Below are positions 27,400 through 40,594 of a stretch of 64,000 nucleotides of DNA, piece after piece. This stretch comes from Callorhinchus milii (Eukaryota). Every line of letters begins with the position of its first letter. Position 1 is the stretch's first letter. The stretch lies in assembly GCF_018977255.1 (NCBI RefSeq), contig NW_024704743.1, positions 64,978,001-65,042,000 of the forward strand, given 5' to 3'. Below the pieces are notes generated by a model. The model saw only the letters and a list, made by a program, of their open reading frames with translations. It was not told the origin of the DNA and searched no databases. The position numbers were made by a program, and so were the translations under genes.

Positions 27400-27800
27400 T
27401 TCAGCCTAGCTCAGTAAGCAGCACTCTCTCCTCAATGACAAAACGTTGTTTGTTCATGCCTCATGGGACTTTTGAGCTCACAGTCTCTCGTTCAATGTTC
27501 AGATGCCTGGATTGTTAGAGGTGCTGACCTTCAGATGAAATATTTAAACAGTTCAGGTAGATATTAAATATCCCATAGCACGATTCAAGTAGAGAAAGGA
27601 GCTTGTCCCAGTGCCTTGACCAAAAACCCCCAAGATAAAATTGGCCATTGACTTCATGGCAGTTTTTTGGGACATTGCTGTGGACAAAATTGGCTGCCAC
27701 ATTCATCGACAAAAATAGTCACTATATTCTATGGTAAATCCTGTGAAGTGGTTAGAGACATTTGACGACACAAGGCACTATCTTAAATGGAAGGATCATT
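27400..27800 (+). mobile_element. Deu-domain SINE, decayed
   Basis: tRNA-like head, GAGGTGCTGACCTTCAGATGAAATATTTAAAC core, TTGCTGTGGACAAAATTGGCTGCC. Confidence 0.7.
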
Positions 27801-27892
27801 ATCATCCTTGGTAAGTCAGGTAGATCCTCAGTAATGCAATGTTGACTGCCCCTGAGAAATGTAGGGTTCCCAAAGAATTAACTCATGACATC

Positions 27893-28884
27893 AAGTCCTC
27901 TACATGCTCACCCTTGGTGACGTCATCCGCAGACATGGGGTAAATTTCCACATGTATGCAGATCACACTCAACTCTACCTCTCTGCCTCCATCCTGAACT
28001 CCAGGACTACTGGCGTCCTGACCGACTGCCTGTCCGACATCAAGTCCTGGACAACAGACAACTTTCTCCAACTCAACGTCAGGAAGACCAAGGCCCTCCT
28101 GATTGGCTCGCGCCAGCGCCTCCGCACCTCAGGCACTGGCAGCATCAGCCTCCACGGCTGTACACTCAACCTCACTAAGTCAGTCAGGAACCTGGGTATC
28201 TTGTTTGACTCTGAACTGTCCTTTCTCCCCCACATCTGCGCCATGACTGGCACTGCCTACCACCACCTCTGCAATATTGTCAGACTCCGCCACTGCCTCA
28301 CCCATCAGGCTGCCGAGACCCTCACCCACGCATTCGTCACCTCAAGGCACGATTACGGGAACTCCCTCCTCATCGGCCCTCCCAGCTCTTCCCTTCACAA
28401 GCTGCAATCACCCAAAACTCTGCAGCTCATGTACTCTCACGCACCAGGCTCCGTGACCCCATCACTCCAACCCTCGCCCGACTCCACTGGCTCCCCATCC
28501 CCCAGAGGATCGAATTCAAGATCCTCGTCCTCACCTTTAAGGCCATCCATGGCCTTGCCCCCTCCTGCCTCTCTGACCTGCTGACTCCCTACGAGCCTGC
28601 TCCGCTCCATGTCTCTTGCCCGACCCGCCCTCCTATCGGTGGCCGAACTTTCAGCCTCTCTGCCCCCACTCTCTGGAACTCCATCCCACGGTCCCTTTGC
28701 ATCGCTTCCTCCCTTGCCTCCTTCAAGGTCGGTCTCAAGACCTTTCTCTTCGACCATGCCTTTGGTCTCCCTCCCATCTCTCTGCCTTCCCTCACCCCTC
28801 CCCCACCCTCCCCCACGCTCAGGCCCTGCTTTGGGACGTCCTCCCAACGTGAAAGGCGTTCTATAAATGTAATTTTGTTGTTGT
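27893..28884 (+). mobile_element. L2 3' region (about 1 kb), same subfamily as 17380-18160, opposite orientation
   Basis: MLTLGDVIRRHGVNFHMYADHTQLYLSAS..., TTGTTG tail; older L2 pieces follow to about 29760. Confidence 0.93.
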
Positions 28885-31514
28885 ATGAGTTCTAACTTTC
28901 TACAGCTGAATGTCAACAAGACCAAGGTTCTCCTACTCATTTTCCATGAGCACCTTCTCCTCATTCACCTCAGCAGAACCTCAGTGTCTTGTTCGATTTC
29001 CAACTCTCCTTCACACCCTATTCTTGGGCTCTCATTCGCTCAGCTTTCCCTCACCTCGTTGCTTGCCTCCTCCTCTTCCTCTGGCTGCCAAGTCCCTCAC
29101 CCCGTCTTCAAGTCCAGACTTGATTATTCCAACACTCTGCTCGCCGGATTCCACAGCTCATCCCTCACAAGCTGCAGGTCATCCACAATTCTGCAGTCTG
29201 TCCCTTTTCCTGGACCAGGCTCCAAAAGTGTGTCACCCAATTCTTGCTTGGCTCCACATTCCCCAGAAGATCTAATTAAATATATTGCCCTTACCTTCAA
29301 ATGCCTCCAAAGACTCATCCTACCTTGCCTCTGAGACCCCATCAACCATAACAACCAGGCAGGTCCCTACATTCAGTGAACAGTAGTTTGAGGAGGGTGG
29401 GAGTAGCAAGCCTATCACCTCCATCCTCAATTGGCTCAACCGGCTCAGCATCCTGCAGATCAAATTTAAGATCTTCATCATACCACAAATCCTTCCACAA
29501 CCTCCCCAAATGTCTGCAACCCTAAAACCCAAACACTCCCTCCAACAGCTTCACAATCCACTGCATCATCAGTTGATGAGCTTTCAGCTATTGTACCCCA
29601 AACCTCAGGAACTCGATCCTGGAATCTCTGTGCCTCGTCTCATTCCTCCCCACCTTTAAAGCCCTACCTTTGCAGTCACCTTTCCCACTCCCACCCCCTT
29701 CAGTACCTCTCAACTCCAACTCGTGCTCCCTCAGCTTTGTGCATCGCTTTGAGATTTCCTCCAGACATACAATTGTGTACTGTTGTATAACAATCGCTTC
29801 AATTCGAATCAATTTTGTTTAGCAAAGTCCTTCAAGAAGCTTATTCAACATGAAAGGCACTATGTAAATACAAATTATCGAGAATACTGCAATTACAAAG
29901 CAAAACCACCTGCAAACACGATCATTTAAAGAAAATCACACCCTTGGCCAAGTGATCTTTCTCCACTATTACAAAAAAGGCCTCATTCTGGGGCACTTAA
30001 ATCTTTATGCTCATTAGTAACATTAGACTATACATCTTGTGTTCTGGAAGAGATTCAAATTGCCATTTATTGGATATTCACTTGCTATGAAATTATTCAA
30101 AATCTTCTGAGTTTGTAATGTAGACATTTCTTTTAAATTGTTGTTGCACTATCTTGAGCTTATGTTGTAGGTTAGTTTGCAAAATTGTCATGCCTTTTTA
30201 TCAGCTCCTTGCAAGCTCACCTAATCAGACTCACCCCTAAGCAAACCACCCACTGTGCTGACTTGTTAGCATTCAGTACCACAAATCCCATTCTAGAAAC
30301 AAAATCTTGCAATATCTGTCTTTGCCATCTGTCATTATCACTTGACTTTCCAAAGTGGGCCACTCCAGACACAGCATGAAAGCTACATGTAAGATGCAAT
30401 CAAATCAAAAATTCATAAAACAGAAGTTGAGCCACATTATGGCCAGATAAAAGGATTGGATCCCACAGGACCTCCTGCAACATTGATTCTATGAGTTATT
30501 TCTTAGTAGTACAACCTCAATAATCAATTGACCAGAACACAGTTCAGGTGTTTATTTCTGACAATATTACTGATCCTCAGAACAGGATTCAAGTCAAGAG
30601 ATAGAGGGGATGATGGAGGGGAGGCTGGGTAGAGAGGAGGACAGACAGTGTAGTACTAATAGTGATGGAAGAGATATGTTTCCTGATGGAATATATTCTT
30701 AGTCAATGATGTAGCCAATTTGATTTTTGCTTGATATCCAAGTATCTGCAGGGTTTGCTTATTCAGCATGGGGTGTCCCAATTAATGCAGATAATTTGCT
30801 GTCTAATGGTTATTTTGCAGAATATATAGGAATGGCTAAATAAAGCAGCTACAGAAAATTAGCGTGATCAATGCTTGACCTAATGAATATTTCACAATCA
30901 ACACCCTCCTGTAAATATAATCAACAGGCAGAAGCTGACTAGTTACAGTTTATGGGGGGGGGGGGGGGGGGCGAGAGAAGAGAAGAAATGCATGCTTCCA
31001 ATGGTAATCTGAGAATTACACTGTGTTTACTTACTTAATAACAACCAGACACGTCATCAATTACAGGATTTGAGCTGACTATATCAGCAAGTCATGTTTA
31101 GGCGGCATACGTTTCTCCTGCTGACCAAATTATTTTTTGACATAAGCAGGAAATTGTCTTTCGTAGATGCCCCTTTCACTAAGTGAAGAAATGCCTCCCT
31201 TTCACAACCTGAGCAAAGCAATCTGCAATTCTAATTGAGCAATACCGATTTAATATCGTCGGCCATTTCTGCACCAACATTGAGACGAATGTTAACTCAT
31301 GCCCCTGTATAATTTAATATTAGAGTGGAAGAAACAATGGTTATTCTCTTGATCTTTGATTAATAAAGGAAAACACTCATTTCAGACTTCCTGCATCTCA
31401 ATAACAACTGGCCCAGGCACATCCTTTACAACTAGCCAATGCTTTGAAAGACTTACTCATCCAGATAAATAGTTCAATGTGTTGCAAGCAATCAGTTCCT
31501 CACTCAGGAACGCC

Positions 31515-31925
31515 ATTATGGCTCAATTGGTAACACTCTCGATTCTGAATCAGAAGGTTGTGGGTTCAAGATCCACATTGGGATTTCAAACTCATATGCA
31601 GACACTACAATGAAGTATTGGGTTGTTGTGGAGGTGACGTCTTTTGGATCGGAAGTTAAAATGAGGCCCCGTCTGGCTGTTCGGGTGGACTTTAAAGATT
31701 CTACTTGAAAAGAGAAGATAGTTTCTCAGAGTCCTGGTCAACAATACTGCAACTAAAATCATTCAATGAAGTCATCCACTTCATGGCAGTTTGTGTGACA
31801 TTGCTGTGCGCAAATTGGTTGCAGTAATCACCCAGAAACAGTCACTCCACTTTACAGTATATCTTGTGAAGTGCCTCAATATGTACTCCCCACGTGAAAG
31901 GCACTATACTAAATGTAAGGATTAT
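31515..31925 (+). mobile_element. Near full-length Deu-domain SINE
   Basis: GGCTCAATTGGTAACACTCTCG...GGTTCAAGATCC head, GGAGGTGACGTCTTTTGGAT...GAGGCCCCGTCTG core, L2-type tail. Confidence 0.8.
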
Positions 31926-32199
31926 GAATAAGATATTGATATTGAAAAAACTAACTGAAGGTTAATATGTTAAATGAAAACATGTGACAGTGAAGTTCCA
32001 CACCAGATCCATGAGGTGGAGTGAACATTCATGCAGGCTGATGCAGTAGTGCCCAAGGTGAGAAGTCGCTGACAGGAGTGTCTTGGTCTTGTCTACATAC
32101 AGATTTTAAAAGCAAGGAGATGGCAATATAAAATTGTCTAAATCTAGATTCTAGGAAGGGCTGCAGTTGTATGAAGAGTTGGTCAGACTTCATTTGAAG

Positions 32200-32935
32200 T
32201 ATTAGGTTCAATTTTGGGCACCCAACAGTGATTCAGCAGGTTAATAACTGGGATAAAGGGAATTAGCTATGATGAGAGGATGAGAAACTGAGCTTTGATT
32301 CCCTACATCTGAAGAAGGGTTGATATGTGTTTAAAATAATGAGGGGAATTGACAAGCCCAATAAAGGACAATTCTTCATTCTTGAAGAGGGATTCAAAAC
32401 AATGAGACATAGTCTTAAAATCATTGCTAAACTAGTGTAAGAAGATAGACATTTGAAAACAATTCTTCACATAAAAGGTAGCAAGAATGTGGAATGCACC
32501 AACTCAGAATATCCATAAAATGCAGAATCAATTAGGATGTTTAAAAGGGAGAAAATTACATCAGGGGTAACGGTATCTTAAGAAAAACCATGGAAATGGG
32601 ATTAAAGGAGAAATGGGAATAATCTTACATTTAATTAAGAGAAAATGCATCTGACACTTGGCTGGCCATCTACCAATATCCTCCTCACAATTTGGCAGTC
32701 CAGTCAATTTAATGTAATCAGCAAACTCCAACACATGCTCTCTTCTGTCCACTTTATTATGTATATTGTAAAAAAAAATCTACAATTCTAAGTACAATTG
32801 GGATGTTTAAAAGGGAGATATACATCAGTGGTAAATCTATGTTGAGAAAGACCAGGGAACTGGGATGAAATTATATGACAGAATCTGATGAATGACAGAA
32901 CTGGTTCGATGGACTGAATCACCTCCTCTGGTTCC
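32200..32935 (+). mobile_element. Old CR1 3' end with an internal inverted RT piece (about 32620-32770)
   Basis: Minus-strand EFADYIKLTG (KFADDTKLGG-like) between two copies of GGATGTTTAAAAGGGAGA. Confidence 0.65.
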
Positions 32936-33637
32936 TTACTAGAGGCAATAGGTTTTTAAATTTAAAATAGTGAACTGCAGCAATCATATGCAAAATATTT
33001 ACAAAGAGCCATGAAGAAAGTACAATTATTTTTTTGAGTCAATCAGGTGACAGTCTGAAGGGATTGGGAGGATGGGAAAGAGAGAAACGCACACAAAAGT
33101 GGAGGGGGAGGGAGAGAGAAACAAGAGCAGGGGGAAGGAGAGTGTTCAGAAGCAGGAAGAGAGAAAGATTCAAAAATGGGGTGGGGGTGGGTGGTGGTCG
33201 GAAGTGGGGAGGGAGAGAAAAACACAAAAGCAAAAGGTGGGGTGGGGGAAGAGAAACAGTCAGAGCAAAGAGAATAGCAGAGATCATTTTCTGTCTACAA
33301 CCTTCCAAGGATGATAGTTACTCCTCAAAATTTAGCCAACCACTTTTCATATGTATATTGTCTCATATCTGGTACACTAGTGAATCCATCACTGCACTCT
33401 CTCCGTTTCTATGGGGAGCCCAAAACTATTCCTACAAATCTAAATACAATTCTAATGCAACTTCCTGATTTATACATTCAATACACCGGTTTATGGATCC
33501 CAGAATCACACTTGTCTTGTTAATAACTTTCTGTACATTCTGCCTCACTTTTAATGATTTATGCATTTATAACCCTAGATCCATCCCGCTGCTCCTCCAT
33601 TGAATGTTTTCCCCTTCAGGTTATACTCTTTCTTTCT

Positions 33638-34163
33638 GGCACAAGCTTGTTGGTAAAGCAGGTGATGCCACATGTTATGGAAGCAAATATTCTGACTGGT
33701 CAGTTCAAAGGGGAAGATGTATTCATTCCTCGCATCCCACTGCTCCCAAGTGACTACCCGTTTGAGTTCAAAAGGCTCCAATTCCCTGTTTGAATGTGCT
33801 GTGCCATGTCAATTAACAGGCATTGGTGCAGAGCTTAATGGTTGCTGGCCTTTTCTTGAACACGCACTGCTTTTCCCAAGGACAATTCACGTGTGGGTTC
33901 ACCTCAAAACCTGTACATCATAGCCGAAGGAGGAAAAACTGCAAATGTTGTCTATGCGGAAGCCTTGCAATAATTCAAGGACCTGCCACATCACACCGTA
34001 AACCCCTTTGGTTAGCGTAGCTTTGAAAGGAGCCCTCCCAAAAAGGTGTCCTCCAAGGCTGAGTATAGATAAAGACTAAATGTCTATGTGTGCGACTGTG
34101 TGTTAATCTACATTCCATATTGGATCCTCTGGTTGCAAGTAAAGCTGCAACAGGTACAGCTAG
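33638..34163 (+). mobile_element. Helitron remnant: PIF1-type helicase C-terminus plus 3' terminus
   Basis: EANILTGQFKGEDVFIPRIPLLPSDYPFEFKRLQFPV, QSLxVAGL, CFSQGQ, KTANVVYAEALQ*; hairpin GTTGCA..TGCAAC then CAGCTAG|T at 34160-34164. Confidence 0.88.
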
Positions 34164-34388
34164 TCTTATATAATCCTTCTCACAATTTGCCAGTCTAACC
34201 GTTTGAGGGTTATCAAAATTCCACACAACTCCTCTCACATTCAATCATTGTTAAAAAAGCTATGGTCAGTAGTGACTTAAGTATAGAACCCTGAAGCGCA
34301 ACCTGCCACTCGTTGATTCATTTTCTGCACTCTCTCAGCTACTCTTCTAATTGTGAATGGTGTCTGCCTCGTCCCCCACTCCCAACCG

Positions 34389-34702
34389 AGGAGTCCTGTA
34401 GCTCAGTGGTCAGAGCACTCGCTTCGCAAGCGAGAGACCTGGGTTCAATTCCCAGCAGGGTGAAACCTTGGGCAAGTTTCCTTACTTTTTTACTCCACAC
34501 GCCTGACCATAATCCTTCAAAAAAAATAAAAGCGGTCACTTCAATCCACGACTGCTTGTGGGACACTGCTGTATGCAATTGGCTGCCGCGTTTCACCCAC
34601 AAATATACAGTCAATTCACTTTTTAGTCTATTCTGTGAAGCGCTTTAAGGAGTCTAGAAAATGTGAAAAGGCGCTGTATCAAGTTCAAGGATTATTATTA
34701 TT
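34389..34702 (+). mobile_element. tRNA-derived SINE, short form
   Basis: GGAGTCCTGTAGCTCAGTGG head to AAGGATTATTATT tail. Confidence 0.9.
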
Positions 34703-36084
34703 ACTCTACTATACCTTTGCTATCCTTAGTTATCATCCTCAAAGAAGAATTATTAAGGAAGAAGGCTTATATATAATCAAATTTAACAGTGATGTAGCTA
34801 AACAACCTTTAAACAAAATCAAAGTGATCAAAGTTACGAAAAGGGAGCTTACCCTATAGTTAAAATCCAGAAGCCACTCAAATGCTAACAAAACATTTAT
34901 CCAAGAGCAAGATTAAAATATGAAATGTGTGCTGTGTGTAAAAGCCAAACAAACCCTAACTGTGCTCTTTGGATTTTAAGATACGCCATTTTAGAATTCT
35001 ACTTTTTTTTTAAAATATAGCTGCAGATGCTTCATTTTATCCAGATTCAAATCGAATAAAGTACAATTACAACTTTTTTTCCCCCCAGAACAGCTCTACA
35101 AGCTTCTCACAAAACATCAATGTCATAAACGTCGCAAAAAAAGTCTCGACTCAACCATTTGAAGCTCACTATTTCTGCACAGATCAATCCCCTCCTGGAA
35201 TCCCACTTCTAGTCATTAATTTCATCAAATAAAACAAATGACATTTTCAGCAATGATGTATCTTTATTTAAAAGTATTCATTGTGAACTGTATGCACCCA
35301 AATCCATCTAAGCCTTTTATGCTATACATAATTTTAGGGAGCTTTTGGTAAATAAGGCAAGAAGCAATAACTGCAACATTCAATGCAACATCACATCGTC
35401 AGAAATTCTCTCCATTGATCTCTGGACATAGGTTAACTTTTCCTCCCCTTCTTGAAAATTGTTAAGTCTCGATCCGACATATGATTGCTAGTTATAAAAC
35501 TCAATTTTAGAATTTCTAGTTAGGCAGTTAACATTCAATGAAATAGAATTAGGGTAGCAAGTACTAATGGCTACATAATTTCAGTGCTGTCATAGGCAGC
35601 TTTAAGGGTAATTATTTTCAAGAGGGGGGGGGGGGTAGTGGGGTGTGCCTTCTACAGAGAGAGCAGAATTTCCAAAGGTATGTAAAAGTATCACCAGTAA
35701 CAACTATCACATTGAATACCTCATTTTTCAACTCTAACTCTACTTTTCAGGCAGAATGAACAAAAGTGCATTCTTAAGGATGTGACCACCTTTCTTCTTT
35801 CCTATTCAATTCACTGAAAAAATGAAACCGTACTGCACAAAACTCCTACAATCTATGATACTAGACCTCACAAAAGTGAACACATGCATTTTGTTTTACA
35901 ACTACCTGAAACTCAAAGCAAATCATGTGATTTACTGCAGTGCATCGATTGTGTATTTTAAACAAAATTTAAAGAGAGAGAATGAGACAGAAAGGTAGAA
36001 GGAATGAGTTCTGGAGGTTAGGAGTATAGTAGCTGAAAACTGAATGACCAAATTTTATCCGGGGGAACTGTTGGCCAAGACAGC

Positions 36085-36225
36085 AGGAGAAACAATGCAA
36101 TGTTTCTCCGGCACTACATTGGAGTGTCAGTCTAGATTTTGAGCTGAAAGTCCCAATGTGAGCCTTGAATCCACAATCTTCTGACTCAAGATGCAAAGGC
36201 ACTACCAACTGTGCCAAACTGCAAA
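36085..36225 (-). mobile_element. Deu-SINE head fragment
   Basis: Minus GGCACAGTTGGTAGTGCC...CTGAGTCAGAAGATTGTGGATTCAAG...TCTAGACTGACACTCCAATG. Confidence 0.65.
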
Positions 36226-36739
36226 ATGACAATAGCTTTTTTTAGAAAAAACTAGATGACAATGTTGGTGTCCATCATTCCTAATCAGGAAATGATGTAG
36301 AATTGAGCATCAGGGGATATCTCAAGAGCATTTATCTGTGAAAAAGTGTTTTTGTCAACCTGAGAGGTGTGGTCAACCAAAATCCTATACAACTATGCTA
36401 TATTAATTTGCTGTCTTTCAGGGATTTGTACTTTCAACCAAGAAAATAAAGTTCACGCAGTTATATTCAACCTTCACTGCACAGCATGCATAAAAATAAC
36501 TCTTTGGAAAATAAGGCTTGAAAAAGAACTGCATTCGTGCCAGAATTCCTGGACTACAATTGGTATACATAACTGTGCGGGCACCAAATGTGGTGGGAAG
36601 CATGTATAATTGCTCTGTTGGGATTCTAAGCAGAAGCTGTCAGGGTGGGGTGAGGGAAGGAAGGGAATTAAGGGAAGGGAAAGACCATCGTCACCAAACT
36701 GGGTGTATACCTACTTTTCCAAAAAAAAAACTCAGGGCA

Positions 36740-37480
36740 CAGCATGGGAGTAGATCATCTGCAGTTGAATGTTGACAAGGCAGACTTTCCTGCTTGGCTC
36801 CCCTAAGCACCTTCTTACCTCAGGTGCTGACAGAATCAACCTACGTGGATGATCACTCCACCTTGTGGAACCGGTGCAGAACCTCATTGTCTCGTCTGAC
36901 TCCCAACTGTCTTTCAAACCCCAAATCCGAGCTCTTAACTTCTCAGGTTTCCCTCTCCCCTCGGGCCTTCACAACCTTTATTTATTCACACCTTTGTCAT
37001 GTCCAAGTTTGACTACACCAAAGTTCTGCTCCTGAACTCCTTAGCTCTTCCCTATACAGGGTTCAGACTATCCAGAACTTTGCAGGCCGTGTCCTCTTCC
37101 AAACCAGGCTCCACAAGCCTTTCAACTCCATCCTCATTAGGCTACATTGGCTCCCTATTCCTCAGTGAATTGAGTTTAAGATCCTTATCCTCACCTTTAA
37201 ATCTCCACAGTCTCACTGCCACCCCACATCTGTTACTTCCTTCAACCCTGGCAATTCCTTTTGTTTAGTCAGCACCAGCCTACATCATTTGCCCCACCCT
37301 ATCTGCCCCCTATCCCTGCGACCCTCGCTGAAGGTCTGTCTCCAGACCTACCTATTTGACCGTACTTTTGGTCATCTCTCCCCTACCCATCTGCCTGGGT
37401 TCCCCCAGCTGAAGTGCCAAACAGCATTTTAGGCATCCTCCTGATGTGAAAGGCACTATATAAATGTAAATTTGCATTGT
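36740..37480 (+). mobile_element. Old L2 3' fragment
   Basis: SKFDYTKVLL (SRLDY-like), LHWLP-like motif, GTGAAAGGCACTATATAAATG tail. Confidence 0.75.
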
Positions 37481-40400
37481 ACTGTAAGAATGAAAAATTA
37501 GAGCGGATTTATCCTCCAATAAGCATTAGCATTTATATAATTGCATTTTCATTACATATGAAACTTAAAAGTCAAACCTTTCCCTACTCCTGGCTGAAGA
37601 CCCACTTAGTCAAAAGATTCTCTTAAACTGCAGTGAGATAAACTACCATAAATTGCACTTACTTGGCACCGCAATTTATTTTACCATGCAAATTAAGACA
37701 TAATCCGGTAACAAAGGTGATCTTAATCTGCCTAGTACAGCATTAGCTTTTTTTAATGCTTTGCACCATTTGTTAATATCAATTTAGTTTTACATAATTA
37801 ATCACCTACAAATTTTGGTCACCCTATTTGGAGCCATAGGTTAAAACATGATCACCTAGTCTGAACAGACATTTATACTTATTCCTCCCATCACAAGTCT
37901 AGCTTTATCAATGCCTGCTGCGTCTCAGAAGGAAAACTGCTGTACCATTTTCAAGCACATCAGCAAAGGAGCAGCACCATTAAGAGATTTTCCAATCCAT
38001 CCAAACTACAGATAGTCTTAGTTGTATGTAGTTGTGGAAGGCATTGTAAAATTGGAGAAGAAAGGCATTACAGAGGGCAGATTAACTCTCTAGACTTCAC
38101 TTTAACCCCTTCTTCAAAAGCGTTTTAATAAGAACAATTTAAACAGCACTCTTGATATGCTAATAATAATTTTAAATACTGACAATTTACACAAGTAAAA
38201 AAAAGAGTTTCAGAGTAAATAATTATTGAGTCCTAAAAAACTAAAGACTAATTATCGATGCTATCAGAACTTGGTGCTTAATCCCCGAAACAGATTCTAC
38301 CATTTAGTAACAAAGCACATATATATTCACTGATAATGTTTCTGCAATGATTAAATGTACCTTAAGCGTGAAATTAATGAAACACTAAACAAAATCTGGA
38401 ACTAAAAAGAGCACCAGTTGCCAATATAAAATTACATCTGCAATACTTGACAATTTTTCTCAACACCACTATACAGTAAAAGAAATGCAGAACATTGCCT
38501 CAAGAGTATGTCGCTCAACACGTTTTCTAGGCTTGCACTAATTGCTAGATTGTCAACACTTTCTACTTTCCACAAAGATACTTGGACAAAACCATTCGCT
38601 TCACAAAATTGCTGATTCAGCCTTTTTAAACCAACCAACATCCAAGCACGAACTGAGGATCTCTTTACCAGGCCTGTGAAAATTTCATGAAAATTCTTCA
38701 GTAGTCTTGAGAATCTAATTACATTTAAGCACTTATTAAAGTAAAAAAAAACTTGATACAATGTGTAAACACGAGGTTTTAAAAATACACCCATGTGGAA
38801 AGGGTCTGGCTTCACTACCTTGAATCAATAGTTTCACAATCTTATCTACTCCTGGCAACCTTTTCTTTACTTTTACCCCACCCCCAAAACAATCCCAATC
38901 TAATCAATCAAGGGAAAGTAGTCGAACTGACTGCTTGCAACATCGCTCCTTCCAACTACAGTTGATTGTTGTGTATTAAAACATATTATATTAATGTTCA
39001 TTTGTTTCACCATATAAAAACTCTTACACATTAAATAATTGTAATCTTGATTGTACCATTAAGATTAATAAACAAGACATTGGCGACAATGTTAAGTTGC
39101 ACAAAAGATTATTATTAATTATTATTATGTAGATACCCATAATAAGTGATTTAAACATGCTTTTGTTGAAGTAAACCTTGCTTTTACATGCAGACAGACT
39201 AAATTTGATACGACGGATTTTTCTATTTAAAAAAATCAGCCAACACAATGAATGCTACAATTTATGAAGAAAAGTACTTTAATGATCATCTGCTAGAAAA
39301 AAAAACCCTCTTTACATCCTTTGCCGTACCACAAAACAATTGTAGAGACAACACTGAACAAAATGACTGGATGAGCTTAAGGCGTTTGTCTCCAACCATG
39401 ATGGGATCTCCCCCCCCACCCCCCACCCCCACTGAACACATCAGCGGTTTAATTCCACTGCCGGGGGTTTCTTCATCATCTTTCCATTTCTGAAATGCAC
39501 AGCAGTGCCACCTTCCTCCCAGGGCCCCACAGTTTGTAAACTCTGTTTAAAGGGATACAGTTTCTGGTCTCTTCGCGGCCCTACCTCGGCTCCAATTAAT
39601 TATCAAAAAGTCAAGTCACATGAGAATGCGTCGCCTTAAAGCACGTTTTACAGGGGGGGAAAAAAAAGTTTTGAGGAAACGGTCGGCTACATTTGCCCAC
39701 TATTCCCCGTCGAGCCTCAGAAAAAAATCCTCCGGAGTCTCCCCTCACAAGTACAGTTTTCGGCTGTTAACTCTTTTGTTGCACACACTACGGTTTTCGG
39801 ACAAGACTTCCTTCCAATGGGTCTGAGCGCTAAAATAAAAAAAGTGAGGAGGGGGAAAAAAGAGGGAAGGAGGGAGTGGGCTGAGGGGGGGGGGGGGGGG
39901 GGGGTTTGTGGGGGAGGGGATGGGGGGGGGGGGCGGCTCAAATTCGTCCAGTTGGGATTTTTTTAACCGCAAAATAAAGTCACGGTCTTGCGTTCAGAGA
40001 GAGAGAGAAAAAAAAGTGTGGGGGAGGGGAAGTTGGGAACATTTTTTTTGTTGCACTTCTCTAAAAGATAAACTCACGTTTGCAACCCCCCCCCCTCCCC
40101 ACCCCACCCCACCCGGGCCGCGGACCCCCCCTCTCACCTCACCCCCCGCACCTCACCGAGCGGCGACGACGTGCAACTGTCCCCCCCCCCACACACACCT
40201 TTTTTTAAAAAAAAACACAGCATCGAGCAAGAAATTCAACATAACTCGCTTCTCTAAAGAAAAAAAAGAGACAACACTCCGAGATACCTAATAGCTCTCC
40301 TCGCTCTCTCTCCGCCACTTTACATTGCACACACTTTACATTTACACACGCCGACAATTACAACATTTCACAACCCAGGAAGACTTTCCAACTGTACTTC

Positions 40401-40594
40401 ACAATAAGAACCCCCCTGCCTGCCTTGCCCTGCCTGCCCTGCCCTGCCCTCCCTGCCACACACACACCACAAGCAAACCAAGAGTCCGGCAGCTTCTTCG
40501 GGTCAAAGAGGGAGAAAGGTGGTGGTGGTGGCGGCGGCGGTTGGAAGGAGGGAGAGGAGAAGAGTGCAGATAAATGGAGATATAGTACACTTAC

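Noticed and set aside
33034..33314. Basic and Gly-rich ORFs
   Set aside because: Purine-rich low-complexity tract.
38432..38815. 127-aa minus-strand ORF or exon near 38590-38672
   Set aside because: An acceptor-like site exists but the donor is weak and the peptide is unrecognisable.
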